DNA of 64,000 nucleotides. It comes from Phycisphaerales bacterium (GTDB lineage: Bacteria; Planctomycetota; Phycisphaerae; Phycisphaerales; SM1A02). Both the position numbers and the translations under genes were made by a program. Below are positions 37,951 through 47,400 of the stretch, in pieces. A model generated the notes under the pieces. The model saw only the letters and a program-made list of their open reading frames with translations. It was not told the origin of the DNA and searched no databases. The stretch spans positions 19,189 to 83,188 of the forward strand of contig JABABM010000005.1 of the NCBI GenBank assembly GCA_014238205.1. Direction: 5' to 3'. Each line of letters starts with the position of its first letter. The first letter of the stretch is position 1.

Positions 37951-40503
37951 ATGGACATCATGCGAGTCCTTCTTGCAGTGCCGCTGTTCATGATTGCCGC
38001 GATGGCCTTCGCCCAACAGGGCGATCGCGCCGGGGAAGCGCAGCCCCCCCTGCCTGCAACACTTGAGATTCCCCCCGCCCCGCCTCTTGACCCGGCTGAT
38101 GCTCTTGGAACCTTCACCGTCCCTCGTGGACTCCGCGTTGAACTGGCAGCGGCAGAACCGCTGGTCATTGCTCCCGTCGCCATGGACATCGGGCTCGATG
38201 GACGCCTCTGGGTTGTCGAGATGCCGACGTACATGAACGACGTTGATGGATCCAGAGAACTGGAGCCCACTGGACGGATAGTCATCCTCGAAGACACGGA
38301 CCAGGATGGACGCATGGATACGAGGACGGTGTTCCTCGATGAACTGGTGCTCCCAAGGGCCGTGACGCTGGTCGAGGGAGGAGCTCTCATTGTGGCCCCG
38401 CCCAACCTGCTCCTGGCACTTGATACCAACGGCGACGACAGGGCTGACGTCACGGCCGTGGTTGATGACAGTTTCGCCGGGCTGCAGAGTCCCGAGCATG
38501 CTGGAAACGGGCTCCGCTACGGGATGGACAACTGGTTGCACTGCGCACAGCATCCCTGGGAATACCGCTTCGATGAGGGTGAACTCGAACGACGAGCCGT
38601 GCCACCACACGGACAATGGGGATTGACGGCTGATGCCTGGGATCGCTGGTACTACACGCCCAACTCCTATCCCCTGTTGATGGATATCGTCGACAAGCAC
38701 ATCGTCGCGATGAACCCCAACCAGCACGACGCACGTGGCGTGTACATGCATCTGCCTGCAGACCTGCAGGTTCATGCCTCACGCATCAACCCGGGAGTCA
38801 ATCGAGGCTACCAGGCTGCAACACTGAATGACGACTACACGCTTCGAAACTTCACCGCCGCATGCGGCCCGGTGATCTACCTCGATACGGTCCTCGGCAG
38901 CGAATACGAGGGCGACGCCTTCATCTGCGAGCCCTCCGGCAACACGGTCGAGCATCGCAACCTCATGCCCAGGGGTGCCCAGCCACCCCAGGCACGCCGG
39001 GAACGGGGCATCGGGGCAGTGCTGGCTTCGACTGATGAGCGATTCCGGCCCGTTCATGCCGCTGTCGGCTCTGACGGGGGGCTCTACGTACTCGACATGT
39101 ACCGAGGCATCCTGCAGCACAAGATCTTCATGACGTCCTTCCTTCGGAAGCAGGTGCTTGAACGGAACCTGCAGTCTCCCATTGATCGTGGGCGAATCTG
39201 GCGACTCGTTCCCGATGATTCCAACACGCGTTCCCTGCCGAACGTGGCCGATGCCTCCCTTGAGAGTCTCGTTGCGTTGCTTGCCAACCGGAATGGAACC
39301 ATGCGTCTCCTTGCTCAGCGACAACTCGTGTCGATGAAGGATCCCGAATCGATCCCTCTGCTGGAAGCCCTGGTCCTGGACAATGAGGATCCACTTGCAC
39401 GCGCTCATGCCCTCTGGACGCTTGATGGCATGGATCAACTTGATGTGAATGTTCTCACGCAGGCGTTTCTCGATGATGAGCCCCTGCTTCGAAGCCAGGC
39501 CATGCGCATCTCGGGCCGACATGTCGACAATCCTGGCATCCTTGAACATCTCCTGCTTTCATTGCATGACTCTGACACGACTGTTCGTCGCCATGCGGCA
39601 GGTGCACTGGCTGGCGCCGAGAACAGCCAGGTCGTGTCGGAACTGGCTGCAGCCCTTGATCGCACCTCGCATGATGACGTGCTGCGCACACTCGTCGTCG
39701 CCGGCGTCCGTGACGAAGAAGTTCTGCTCCTGGAGGAACTGGCATGGCAGGAACATTGGACAGATGAAACAGAGCATCGCCGGAAACTCCTGGCCTCGAT
39801 TGCCCGTAGTGCCATGCGAAGCTCATCTTCCGAGCAACGTGTTCGGCTCATGGAACTGCTGGCATCGCTCCCCCTGGAGCAGGACTGGATGACCCGGGCA
39901 ATGGCCGAGCAGGTGGTCGAAGCACAGCGACTGCGAACGGGATCACCCAGGAGCATCGAGCTTGAGGAAGCGCCCTTCGACTGGGAAGCACGCCTGGAGG
40001 AGCAGGGTGATGTTGCGGGTGGACTGCTCCAGTTGATTGACACGCACATGAACTGGCCGGGCCGACCTGGATACGTTCCTCGTGTTGAAACGGCCGGCCT
40101 TGGCCCTGCTGAAGCCGCCCTCGTGGAACGAGGCGCCGAGCTCTACGTGCACTGCACCGGTTGCCACCAGGCGACTGGCGCCGGGCTCCGCGGGTTCTAT
40201 CCACCCCTGGTCGATTCGGATCTTGTCCTGGGAGCTCCCGAGCCGCTTGTTGCCATTCTGGTCCATGGCATCGAGGGACTCATGACCATCCGGGGGGTCC
40301 ACTACAACCAGCAGATGCCCCCTGCTCCATTCCCCGCGGATGAGGACATCGCCGCCATTGCTTCCTACGTCCGGACCGCATGGACGAATGATGCCGAGGT
40401 GGTCAATGCCGATCTGGTTGCTTCCGTGCGAAAGGCGACCAGTGGCCAACGAGGTCCCTGGAGCATGAAGTCGTTGAAGAAAGCCTTCCCCTCACTCCCC
40501 TGA
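37951..40503 (+). CDS. large secreted protein with a membrane-bound-dehydrogenase-like propeller, HEAT repeats and a C-terminal cytochrome c (CxxCH) domain
   Basis: 850 aa. Signal peptide MDIMRVLLAVPLFMIAAMAFA. The middle region has HEAT-like repeats (ALWTLDG, LHDSDTTVRRHAAGAL). The C-terminal heme motif is CTGCHQ, followed by QQMPP. This architecture is common in Planctomycetota/Verrucomicrobiota. Confidence 0.7.
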   Translation: MDIMRVLLAVPLFMIAAMAFAQQGDRAGEAQPPLPATLEIPPAPPLDPADALGTFTVPRGLRVELAAAEPLVIAPVAMDIGLDGRLWVVEMPTYMNDVDGSRELEPTGRIVILEDTDQDGRMDTRTVFLDELVLPRAVTLVEGGALIVAPPNLLLALDTNGDDRADVTAVVDDSFAGLQSPEHAGNGLRYGMDNWLHCAQHPWEYRFDEGELERRAVPPHGQWGLTADAWDRWYYTPNSYPLLMDIVDKHIVAMNPNQHDARGVYMHLPADLQVHASRINPGVNRGYQAATLNDDYTLRNFTAACGPVIYLDTVLGSEYEGDAFICEPSGNTVEHRNLMPRGAQPPQARRERGIGAVLASTDERFRPVHAAVGSDGGLYVLDMYRGILQHKIFMTSFLRKQVLERNLQSPIDRGRIWRLVPDDSNTRSLPNVADASLESLVALLANRNGTMRLLAQRQLVSMKDPESIPLLEALVLDNEDPLARAHALWTLDGMDQLDVNVLTQAFLDDEPLLRSQAMRISGRHVDNPGILEHLLLSLHDSDTTVRRHAAGALAGAENSQVVSELAAALDRTSHDDVLRTLVVAGVRDEEVLLLEELAWQEHWTDETEHRRKLLASIARSAMRSSSSEQRVRLMELLASLPLEQDWMTRAMAEQVVEAQRLRTGSPRSIELEEAPFDWEARLEEQGDVAGGLLQLIDTHMNWPGRPGYVPRVETAGLGPAEAALVERGAELYVHCTGCHQATGAGLRGFYPPLVDSDLVLGAPEPLVAILVHGIEGLMTIRGVHYNQQMPPAPFPADEDIAAIASYVRTAWTNDAEVVNADLVASVRKATSGQRGPWSMKSLKKAFPSLP

Positions 40504-41958
40504 TACGTCGAGGGCAGGCGCCGTTCGGCCCATTGTGCGCGAACGATCAAGGTTCGCCTGAAGGCGAGCGACGACATCGGGATGCTCGAGGTAGACATTC
40601 GTCGACTCGGATGGGTCTGCGGCAAGGTCATAGAGTTGGCCTGCTGGTTCGCCCTCGACTGGTTCGATTCGCCTTGGCGGCGTGAAGCCCCCACTCCCCC
40701 TGCCCTCGATGTACTTCCAGCGGCCACTTCGAATGGCGAACATGCCGTCCACTGAATGATGGATGGTCGACGCTCGTAGTGGAGCGTCCAGTACATCGCC
40801 CTGGAGAATCGGCAGAAGGTCGAAGCTGTCCTCGCCGGCTTCCGCTGCCTCCTCAGCGCCGGCAATCGACCGACACGTCGCAAACCAGTCGACCAGGCAG
40901 ACGGTCTCATTGCTTGCCGTGCCCGGCTGTACCCGACCTGGCCATCGCACGAGCATGGGCACGCGATGCCCACCCTCATGGATGTCTGCCTTCTGTCCTC
41001 GAAGGTCTCCGTTGGCTGCATGGCTCCATCGCTCGGTATCAGAAGTGGGCCAATGGGACCCGTTGTCACTGGTAAAGACGACCAGGGTGTTTTGGGACTG
41101 CCCTGTGTCCTCGACGGCTTCCAGAATCTGCCCCAGGACGGCGTCCACGTGAGCCACGAAGTCCCCATAGTGCCCCGCCTCGCTAGCCCCCCGGTAGTCC
41201 TCTCCGGGCAGCCAGGGCGTATGAGGGGCCGTCAGGGGGACATAGAGAAAGAACGGGTGTCCCGTCCCGGTCTGCTGGCGAATGAAGTCGGCTGAGACCT
41301 GCCCGATCCGCGGAAGGATCGCCTCGTGGCGGAAGGAAGGGCCGGCATCACCCTCTCGCCAGAACCCACCCCCTTCCTTGCGTCGATGGGCACTGCCGTT
41401 CACCTTGGCTGATGGAAGTTCCTCTACCGCTTCGTCGATCACCCAGACGTAGGGGGGTATGTCCAGGGAGGCCGGGATTCCCTCGAAGGAGTCAAATCCG
41501 ACGGACACCGGACCCGGCCGAAGCGGAGCGCCATAGTCGGTCCGCTCGGCATTCCCGAATCCCAGGTGCCACTTGCCGACACAGGCCGTGACATAGCCCC
41601 GGTCCTTGAGCATGCTTGCAATCGTCTCCCGCCCCGGCTCCAGAAGGCATGGGCTGTGTCCCCAGAGAACACCCTGCTTCAAGCTGGTCCTCCATGCATA
41701 TCGACCCGTCAGCAGGCCATAGCGAGTCGGTGAGCAGACGGCCGATGGCGAATGCGCATCGGTGAAGCGCATCCCTTCCATCGCGAGGCGGTCCATGCCT
41801 GGCGTGGGAATTCTCGAACCAGGGTTCTGTACTTGTGGATCGCCGTAGCCAAGGTCATCGGCCAGGATGATGACGATGTTGGGAAGTGATGGTGCTCCGG
41901 TTGAAGGAGCATGGACTGCTGCCAGCAAAATGGTTGCAAGCAGCAGTGACACCATCAA
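40492..41958 (-). CDS. arylsulfatase-family sulfatase (formylglycine-dependent)
   Basis: 488 aa. Signal peptide, NIVIILADDLGYGD, the CSPTRYGLLTGRY formylglycine motif (C-x-P-x-R) and GKWHLG. Confidence 0.85.
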   Translation of the reverse strand: MMVSLLLATILLAAVHAPSTGAPSLPNIVIILADDLGYGDPQVQNPGSRIPTPGMDRLAMEGMRFTDAHSPSAVCSPTRYGLLTGRYAWRTSLKQGVLWGHSPCLLEPGRETIASMLKDRGYVTACVGKWHLGFGNAERTDYGAPLRPGPVSVGFDSFEGIPASLDIPPYVWVIDEAVEELPSAKVNGSAHRRKEGGGFWREGDAGPSFRHEAILPRIGQVSADFIRQQTGTGHPFFLYVPLTAPHTPWLPGEDYRGASEAGHYGDFVAHVDAVLGQILEAVEDTGQSQNTLVVFTSDNGSHWPTSDTERWSHAANGDLRGQKADIHEGGHRVPMLVRWPGRVQPGTASNETVCLVDWFATCRSIAGAEEAAEAGEDSFDLLPILQGDVLDAPLRASTIHHSVDGMFAIRSGRWKYIEGRGSGGFTPPRRIEPVEGEPAGQLYDLAADPSESTNVYLEHPDVVARLQANLDRSRTMGRTAPALDVSGE

Positions 41959-42530
41959 CTGCCTGCCTGCTGGTCGTGATCTTCCTCGAGGTGTTTCTTG
42001 AACATGGTCGTGAGCATCTCGATCTGCTTCTGCTGGATTTCAAGCAGGTGTTCCCACTTCTCGACTCGAAGATCGTCCATCTTCTCGTGCAGGGACAGGA
42101 TTTCCATCTCCGCCTTGAGGTTGAGTTCGAAGTCTTCCTGTGACATCTTTCGGTCGTTGGCCGCCTGGCGGTTCTGCGACATCATGATGATCGGCGCCTG
42201 GATCGCCGCGAGCATCGAAAGGAAGAGGTTCAGGAGGATGTAGGGGTACGGATCGAATTGCTCATCCGTCGAGAGGTTCTTCAGGATGATCGTGTTCAGG
42301 ATCACCCAGCAGGCAAGGAACCCACCAAACAGGAGGATGAATGTCCAGGATCCACCGAAGGAAGCGACCTTGTCCGCCAGGCGCTGACCGACGGTCAGTT
42401 CCTGCTCCCGCTTGTCGTGGTGCTTGAGGCGGTTGAGAATGACATCCACGGCCTTCTTCTCGAATGCGCTGAGCGAATGAAATCCCTTCTGGAAGAAGTT
42501 GCGAGCCCTGTGTTCATTGTTCCCCTGCAT
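41955..42530 (-). CDS. DUF1003-family membrane protein
   Basis: Contains GSWTFILLFGGFLACWVILN...DPYPYILLNLFLSMLAAIQAPIIMMSQNRQ. Start set to ATG 42530, preceded by AGGAG with a 7-nt spacer. The longer track ORF would run through the tRNA gene. Its stop overlaps the sulfatase start by 4 nt. Confidence 0.7.
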   Translation of the reverse strand: MQGNNEHRARNFFQKGFHSLSAFEKKAVDVILNRLKHHDKREQELTVGQRLADKVASFGGSWTFILLFGGFLACWVILNTIILKNLSTDEQFDPYPYILLNLFLSMLAAIQAPIIMMSQNRQAANDRKMSQEDFELNLKAEMEILSLHEKMDDLRVEKWEHLLEIQQKQIEMLTTMFKKHLEEDHDQQAGS

Positions 42531-42580
42531 GTAGTACTCCTGGAAGATTGGATCCCCACCAAGGTACATCGAGATACCTT

Positions 42581-42604
42581 GAAAACGAAGAACGCCCCCT
42601 TCGT
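42581..42604 (-). terminator. intrinsic terminator downstream of tRNA-Asp
   Basis: On the minus strand, ACGAAG-GGGGCGTT-CTTCGT is followed by TTTTC. It begins about 20 nt after the tRNA 3' end. Confidence 0.45.
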
Positions 42605-42625
42605 AAAGGAGGCTCCAGATGGAAA

Positions 42626-42699
42626 CGAGGCGGACGGGACTCGAACCCGCAACCACCGGCTCGACAGGCCGGGACTCTAACCAATTGAGCTACCGCCCC
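42626..42699 (-). tRNA. tRNA-Asp (anticodon GTC)
   Basis: The reverse complement reads GGGGCGGTAGCTCAATTGGTTAGAGTCCCGGCCTGTCGAGCCGGTGGTTGCGGGTTCGAGTCCCGTCCGCCTCG. It has a 7-bp acceptor stem, an anticodon loop CTGTCGA (GTC) and a T-loop GGTTCGAGTCC. CCA is not encoded. Confidence 0.9.
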
Positions 42700-42788
42700 T
42701 TGGTGCTCACCGGCTCACAGTGGAGTCCGGAATTGAACAGTGTAGCGATGCCCTTGAGAGGGTCAAGAAGGCCGCTTGGGGGGCAGGA

Positions 42789-45587
42789 CTACTTCGTCTC
42801 GTACCAGGACGCTCCTGAAGCGACATCCACGACCAGGGGAACGCACAGGTCCATGGCGGACTCCATGGTCTCGACCAATACGGATTGGGCGGTGGCTGCC
42901 TCGGCTTCCGGAACTTCCACTACCAGTTCATCATGAATCTGGAGGAGCAGCTTCGCCCCGGGAATGTCCTCCAACTTCGGATGCAACCGGATCATGGCTT
43001 CCTTGATGAGGTCCGCAGCGCTGCCCTGCACGACCGAGTTGATCGCAAGTCGCTTGCCCAGATCGCGTGTCTGCGGATTGTCCGACTTGAGCTGGGTGAT
43101 CATGCGACGTCGACCACAGATCGTCTCGACCCAACCTTCTACAGCCGCCTGCTTCACGCAGGCATCCATGAAGCGATCTATTCCCTTGAAGCGATCCTTG
43201 TAGTCATTGATGAACTCCGCCGCCTTCTCGACACTGACCGACTCACCAAGATTCCTGGCAAGCCCCCAGGCCGTGATGCCATAGACGATTCCGAAGTTGA
43301 TCATCTTCGCCGCATCCCGCTGTTCACCACTGACTGCACCAGGATCGATCTCGAACACTTCTGCGGCAACTGCGCTGTGAATGTCCTCACCCCGCTTGAA
43401 GGCAGCGATCATCGCCTCGTCCTCACTGAGGTGAGCCAGGATCCTCAGTTCAACCTGCGAATAGTCGGCAGCAATCAGGAGGTGACCTTCCTCAGCCTTG
43501 AATGCCTTCCGAACTGCTCGACCCTCCGCGGTACGGATGGGAATATTCTGCAGGTTCGGATCCGAGGAACTGAGTCGACCGGTCGCTGCCCCGGTCTGGT
43601 GGAAGGACGTATGGACACGCCCAGTCACCGGACTGATGGCTTCCTTCAGAGAGACCAGGTAGGTCCCCACGAGCTTCGCAAGTTGCCTGTACTCCAGGAG
43701 AATCCCGGGAATGGGCGTATCGATATTCGGGTCGGAATCAAGTTTCTCAAGGACTTCCTGGTCGGTGGATGGTCCAGTCTTGCCCCGCTTGATCGGTGAC
43801 AGTCCAAGGCCCGGAGGTTCGGCGCCCGTGTCATTGAACAGCACTGCGGCAAGTTGCTTGGGTGAATCCGGGTTGAATGAATGCGGTGATGCATCAATGG
43901 CTGCAGCACGAAGTGACTCTGCACGAGCCGAGAGCTTCCCCTGCTGACGATCAAGTTCCTCCGGATCAACACGGATACCGTTCCATTCCATGTCCGCCAG
44001 GACGGGCACGAGAGGCATCTCGAGCTGGTCGAAAAGAACCTGGAGATCGCCTTCCTGGAGACCGACCTTCAAACGCTCGTACAGTCTCCACGTGATGTCC
44101 GCATCCTCGGCGGCGTAGACAGTGGCATCATCCAACGCCAACGTGTCGAACGTCCTGCGACTCTTCCCTCTTCCAAGCAACGAGGAAAGGGGAATGCACT
44201 GAATGTCGAGCAGGGAGGATGCCAATGCGTCCATCCCGTGGCTTGACCGGGAGGAGTCCGTGATGAAACTCGCGATCATGGTGTCGAAGCAGGGACCTTG
44301 CACTGCAACCCCCGCCTGTCGCATGATGTTCATGTCGAACTTCAGATTCTGTGCCACCTTCAGGATGTGCTCGTCTTCCAGCAATGGTCCAAGGAGTGCC
44401 AACGCGGAATCCCTGTCCAGGTGCGAGCCGGTTTCCGGGGAGAGCACCGGGACATACCAGGCCTCCCCCTCCGTGCAGGCAAGAGAGATGCCGCAGAGGT
44501 CGACCTGCCTCGGATCCAATCCAGTCGTTTCCGTATCGAATGCGAAGGCACCTGATTCGCGAAGTTGTTCAACCACCTTGGCCAGTTCATCCTTCGTGCG
44601 AACGCAGTGATAGATCGCACCCGGATCACCAGGCTGCAGGGCCTCGGGCTCTGCTCCAAAGAGACCCCCTTCAAGGGGTGGCAGGGGCTGGTCCTCCTGC
44701 CCGACAACAATGTCACGCACATCGGATTGAAACCGGTTGAATCCAAGTTCCTGGAAGAAGGCTTCCATGCGATCCATGGAAAACCCTGCAGGATCGACCG
44801 AGGCCTGCTCAAGCGAAAAGTCCAGTTCGAGGTCGCTTCGCAACTGGACAAGTTCCCTGTTCAAGGGCATGCGGTCCTGTGCTCCAACGAGGTTCTCATG
44901 CCGCTTTCCCTTGATCTGGTCGATCTGGGCGTAGATGCCCTCGATGCTTCCATACTCCAGTACCAGTTTCGCGGCGGTCTTCGGACCGATTCCCTGGACA
45001 CCAGGGATGTTGTCCGAGCTGTCACCCATCAGGGAGAGGATGTCTACCACGTGTGAAGGCTCGACCCCTTCCGTCTTGAATACATCTTCTGCGGTTACGG
45101 AGGTGTCCTTGTGGATATCGAAGAGTTCCACGCCATCCCTCAGGACCTGCGTCAGGTCCTTGTCACGTGACAGGATTCGAACCTGGACACCGGGTGAGTC
45201 CACCTCCAGTCGCTTGACGAGTGAAGCGATTACGTCGTCGGCCTCCATTCGCTCCACGCCAAGCACTGGCACGTTCATCAGGTCGAGGAGTTCCAGGCAG
45301 CGAGTCACCTGTGGGGGAAGGTCCTCGGGCGTCTTGTCACGATTGGCCTTGTAGTCGGGATAGAGTTCGCTTCGAAAGGTCCCGCGATCACCACTGACAT
45401 CAAGGGCGACTGCGATGTAGTCGGGATCGTAGTCACGAAGGAGCTTGATCATCATGGCCGTGAATCCGTAGACGAGATTCGTCGGCTCCCTGGTCACCGG
45501 AGAGGTCATCTCCGTACGAATCGCGTGGTAGGCCCTGAAGAACTGGGCGTAGCCGTCGATCAGGTACAGCGTCCGATTGGATCCCAT
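42789..45587 (-). CDS. polA: DNA polymerase I
   Basis: 932 aa. 5'-3' exonuclease N-terminus (LIDGYAQFFRAYHA), a 3'-5' exonuclease domain and polymerase motifs DYSQVELRILAHLS and LLQIHDELVVE. Confidence 0.95.
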   Translation of the reverse strand: MGSNRTLYLIDGYAQFFRAYHAIRTEMTSPVTREPTNLVYGFTAMMIKLLRDYDPDYIAVALDVSGDRGTFRSELYPDYKANRDKTPEDLPPQVTRCLELLDLMNVPVLGVERMEADDVIASLVKRLEVDSPGVQVRILSRDKDLTQVLRDGVELFDIHKDTSVTAEDVFKTEGVEPSHVVDILSLMGDSSDNIPGVQGIGPKTAAKLVLEYGSIEGIYAQIDQIKGKRHENLVGAQDRMPLNRELVQLRSDLELDFSLEQASVDPAGFSMDRMEAFFQELGFNRFQSDVRDIVVGQEDQPLPPLEGGLFGAEPEALQPGDPGAIYHCVRTKDELAKVVEQLRESGAFAFDTETTGLDPRQVDLCGISLACTEGEAWYVPVLSPETGSHLDRDSALALLGPLLEDEHILKVAQNLKFDMNIMRQAGVAVQGPCFDTMIASFITDSSRSSHGMDALASSLLDIQCIPLSSLLGRGKSRRTFDTLALDDATVYAAEDADITWRLYERLKVGLQEGDLQVLFDQLEMPLVPVLADMEWNGIRVDPEELDRQQGKLSARAESLRAAAIDASPHSFNPDSPKQLAAVLFNDTGAEPPGLGLSPIKRGKTGPSTDQEVLEKLDSDPNIDTPIPGILLEYRQLAKLVGTYLVSLKEAISPVTGRVHTSFHQTGAATGRLSSSDPNLQNIPIRTAEGRAVRKAFKAEEGHLLIAADYSQVELRILAHLSEDEAMIAAFKRGEDIHSAVAAEVFEIDPGAVSGEQRDAAKMINFGIVYGITAWGLARNLGESVSVEKAAEFINDYKDRFKGIDRFMDACVKQAAVEGWVETICGRRRMITQLKSDNPQTRDLGKRLAINSVVQGSAADLIKEAMIRLHPKLEDIPGAKLLLQIHDELVVEVPEAEAATAQSVLVETMESAMDLCVPLVVDVASGASWYETK

Positions 45588-45596
45588 GGCAATCCC

Positions 45597-46802
45597 TCAG
45601 CCAGATCGCCGGCTTGTTGCAGCCTCGGCAAGACGAACGAGTGCAGCTTCCTCACCGGGGCCGAGCGTGCAATCACGGCGGGCCATGACGGTTCGGGCAA
45701 CGTCGAGGAACTTGTCTGTCCGAAACGTCGATGCCCCGCGGTCCGTCAACCAGCTGAATGCATCCACGGTTCCAGGCGGAGGCGATGTCGAGGCGATCAT
45801 GCTGCCCGTACCAAGCACGCTGCCTGTCATGATGCGGGTCCCGATCGCTGTCTTGACATGGTCACCGATGATGCAGCCCATGAATACCCGCCCTGTGCGT
45901 GAAGACTGGCCCTCAGGCGACAGTCGCATGATTACTTCCGAGTAGGTGTTGAGCAGGTTCGAGTTGTTCGTGCCTGCCCCGAGATTGACCCAGCGGCCGA
46001 GAATGCTGTCGCCAAGGTGTCCATCGTGCGCCTTGTTTGAAAATCCCTGGAAGATCGAGCCTCCCACTTCGCCACCAACCCTGCACCCGGGCCCGATCAC
46101 CGTTCGTGGTTTCAGCACCGCTCCATCCATGATCGTGCTGTCAAGACCGACGTAGCAGGGGCCGCAGAGAACGGCATTGCAGCGGATCATTGCGCCATCG
46201 TTGATGACAACGGGCCCAGCCGAGGTGTCGGCCGTGACTCCGGGAAGAACCACAGCGCCGGGATGAAGATGAACACCATGGGCACCATGGACACTCACCT
46301 GGTCCTCGGCCATGGCTGGAATGCCAAGTGCAGGCAGATCATCCGCCAGGGCGGCCTCGAGATGATCGAGGATGTCCCATGGACCGTTGTAGAGGGTTGC
46401 CTCGACACTGCTTGTCACCGTGGAATCGGGCAGTGTGCCCGAATCAAGGAAGGATTCGGTCTCGCCGGCATGCAGGTGTGCGATGACGATGTCGCCTGTC
46501 GACTGGTCAAGGAGCGCCTCTCCCAGTCCTGGCAAGGGCAACTGCTCAAGGGCGGACCACCTTCCGTTGACACAGAGGTGTGAATCCCCCGCTGGAAGTT
46601 CATTGACCGGGATGGCCTCGTGTTCCCTCAGGACATCTGCAAGAGCTTCATGGACCCATTGGGCAACAGCATCTCCACCAAGACGGCGAGATTGCCTCTG
46701 GCTGGTGAGTTGGGCACCGGTTCGCAATCGCGAAGCGGGCCTGAGGTCCGTCAGTGGGCCGAACAGGCCAGGGTTGTCGTCAAAGATGATGAAATCTGTC
46801 AT
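45597..46802 (-). CDS. GlmU-like putative sugar nucleotidyltransferase / left-handed beta-helix (hexapeptide) protein
   Basis: Start trimmed to ATG 46802 (MTDFIIFDD..LRP..RTG). The C-terminal half has hexapeptide-repeat character (IGPGCRVGGEVGGSIF..., LGDSILGRWVNLGAGT). The track ORF's N-terminal extension overlaps mreD. Confidence 0.6.
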   Translation of the reverse strand: MTDFIIFDDNPGLFGPLTDLRPASRLRTGAQLTSQRQSRRLGGDAVAQWVHEALADVLREHEAIPVNELPAGDSHLCVNGRWSALEQLPLPGLGEALLDQSTGDIVIAHLHAGETESFLDSGTLPDSTVTSSVEATLYNGPWDILDHLEAALADDLPALGIPAMAEDQVSVHGAHGVHLHPGAVVLPGVTADTSAGPVVINDGAMIRCNAVLCGPCYVGLDSTIMDGAVLKPRTVIGPGCRVGGEVGGSIFQGFSNKAHDGHLGDSILGRWVNLGAGTNNSNLLNTYSEVIMRLSPEGQSSRTGRVFMGCIIGDHVKTAIGTRIMTGSVLGTGSMIASTSPPPGTVDAFSWLTDRGASTFRTDKFLDVARTVMARRDCTLGPGEEAALVRLAEAATSRRSG

Positions 46803-46833
46803 CAGTGTCACGCTCGTACCAATGGTAGGCCCT

Positions 46834-47400
46834 TCAGGCTGTTCGGCGGCCGACACCATAATCGAAACGCCAGAGTGGCATCGTCTGGAACAGGACCCAC
46901 CCTGCTGGAATCGCAAGCAGTCCGGAATAGAGCGCGTCACCGAATGAATGACCCAGCTCACCAAGGCCGAATGGGACAACAGCCCCGCCCGTAAATGGAA
47001 GCCAGAATCGGATGATGCCCGTGAGAACCGTTGCAAGGCCTGTACTCAGGACACAGGCAAACGTACAGGCACTCAAGGTGAGCACTCGATGCCGGAAGAC
47101 CATGGATCGGATTGTCAGGATGACCGAGGCACCGAACACGTATCCAAGCGCATGGGGACCGATGATGTAGATCGCCTCGGCACCTTCGGCGGAACCTGGA
47201 GAAAGATCCGCCAGGACCCCAACGACCCAGGCGCCCCAGAGCACATGATCTGCACGACCAAGAAGGGCCATGTAGGCAACGAGTACTGCCGCAAAGCTCG
47301 GGGTAAGAAAATCCAGTGTTCGCAATGTCATTGCACTTGCAAGCCCAAGATCAAGGGCCGTTGCCAGCAATGCCGCGATCATGAAGACCAACCACCTCAT
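46834..47400 (-). CDS. mreD: rod shape-determining protein MreD-like membrane protein
   Basis: 188 aa polytopic membrane protein immediately after mreC, with a 4-nt overlap. The call rests mainly on position and topology. Confidence 0.6.
   Translation of the reverse strand: MRWLVFMIAALLATALDLGLASAMTLRTLDFLTPSFAAVLVAYMALLGRADHVLWGAWVVGVLADLSPGSAEGAEAIYIIGPHALGYVFGASVILTIRSMVFRHRVLTLSACTFACVLSTGLATVLTGIIRFWLPFTGGAVVPFGLGELGHSFGDALYSGLLAIPAGWVLFQTMPLWRFDYGVGRRTA

Noticed and set aside
40492-42699. tRNA-Asp as an integration site for a genomic island (sulfatase and DUF1003 genes lie downstream of its 3' end).
   Set aside because: There is no integrase or recombinase, no direct repeat of the tRNA 3' end that I could find, and the composition does not differ from the surroundings.
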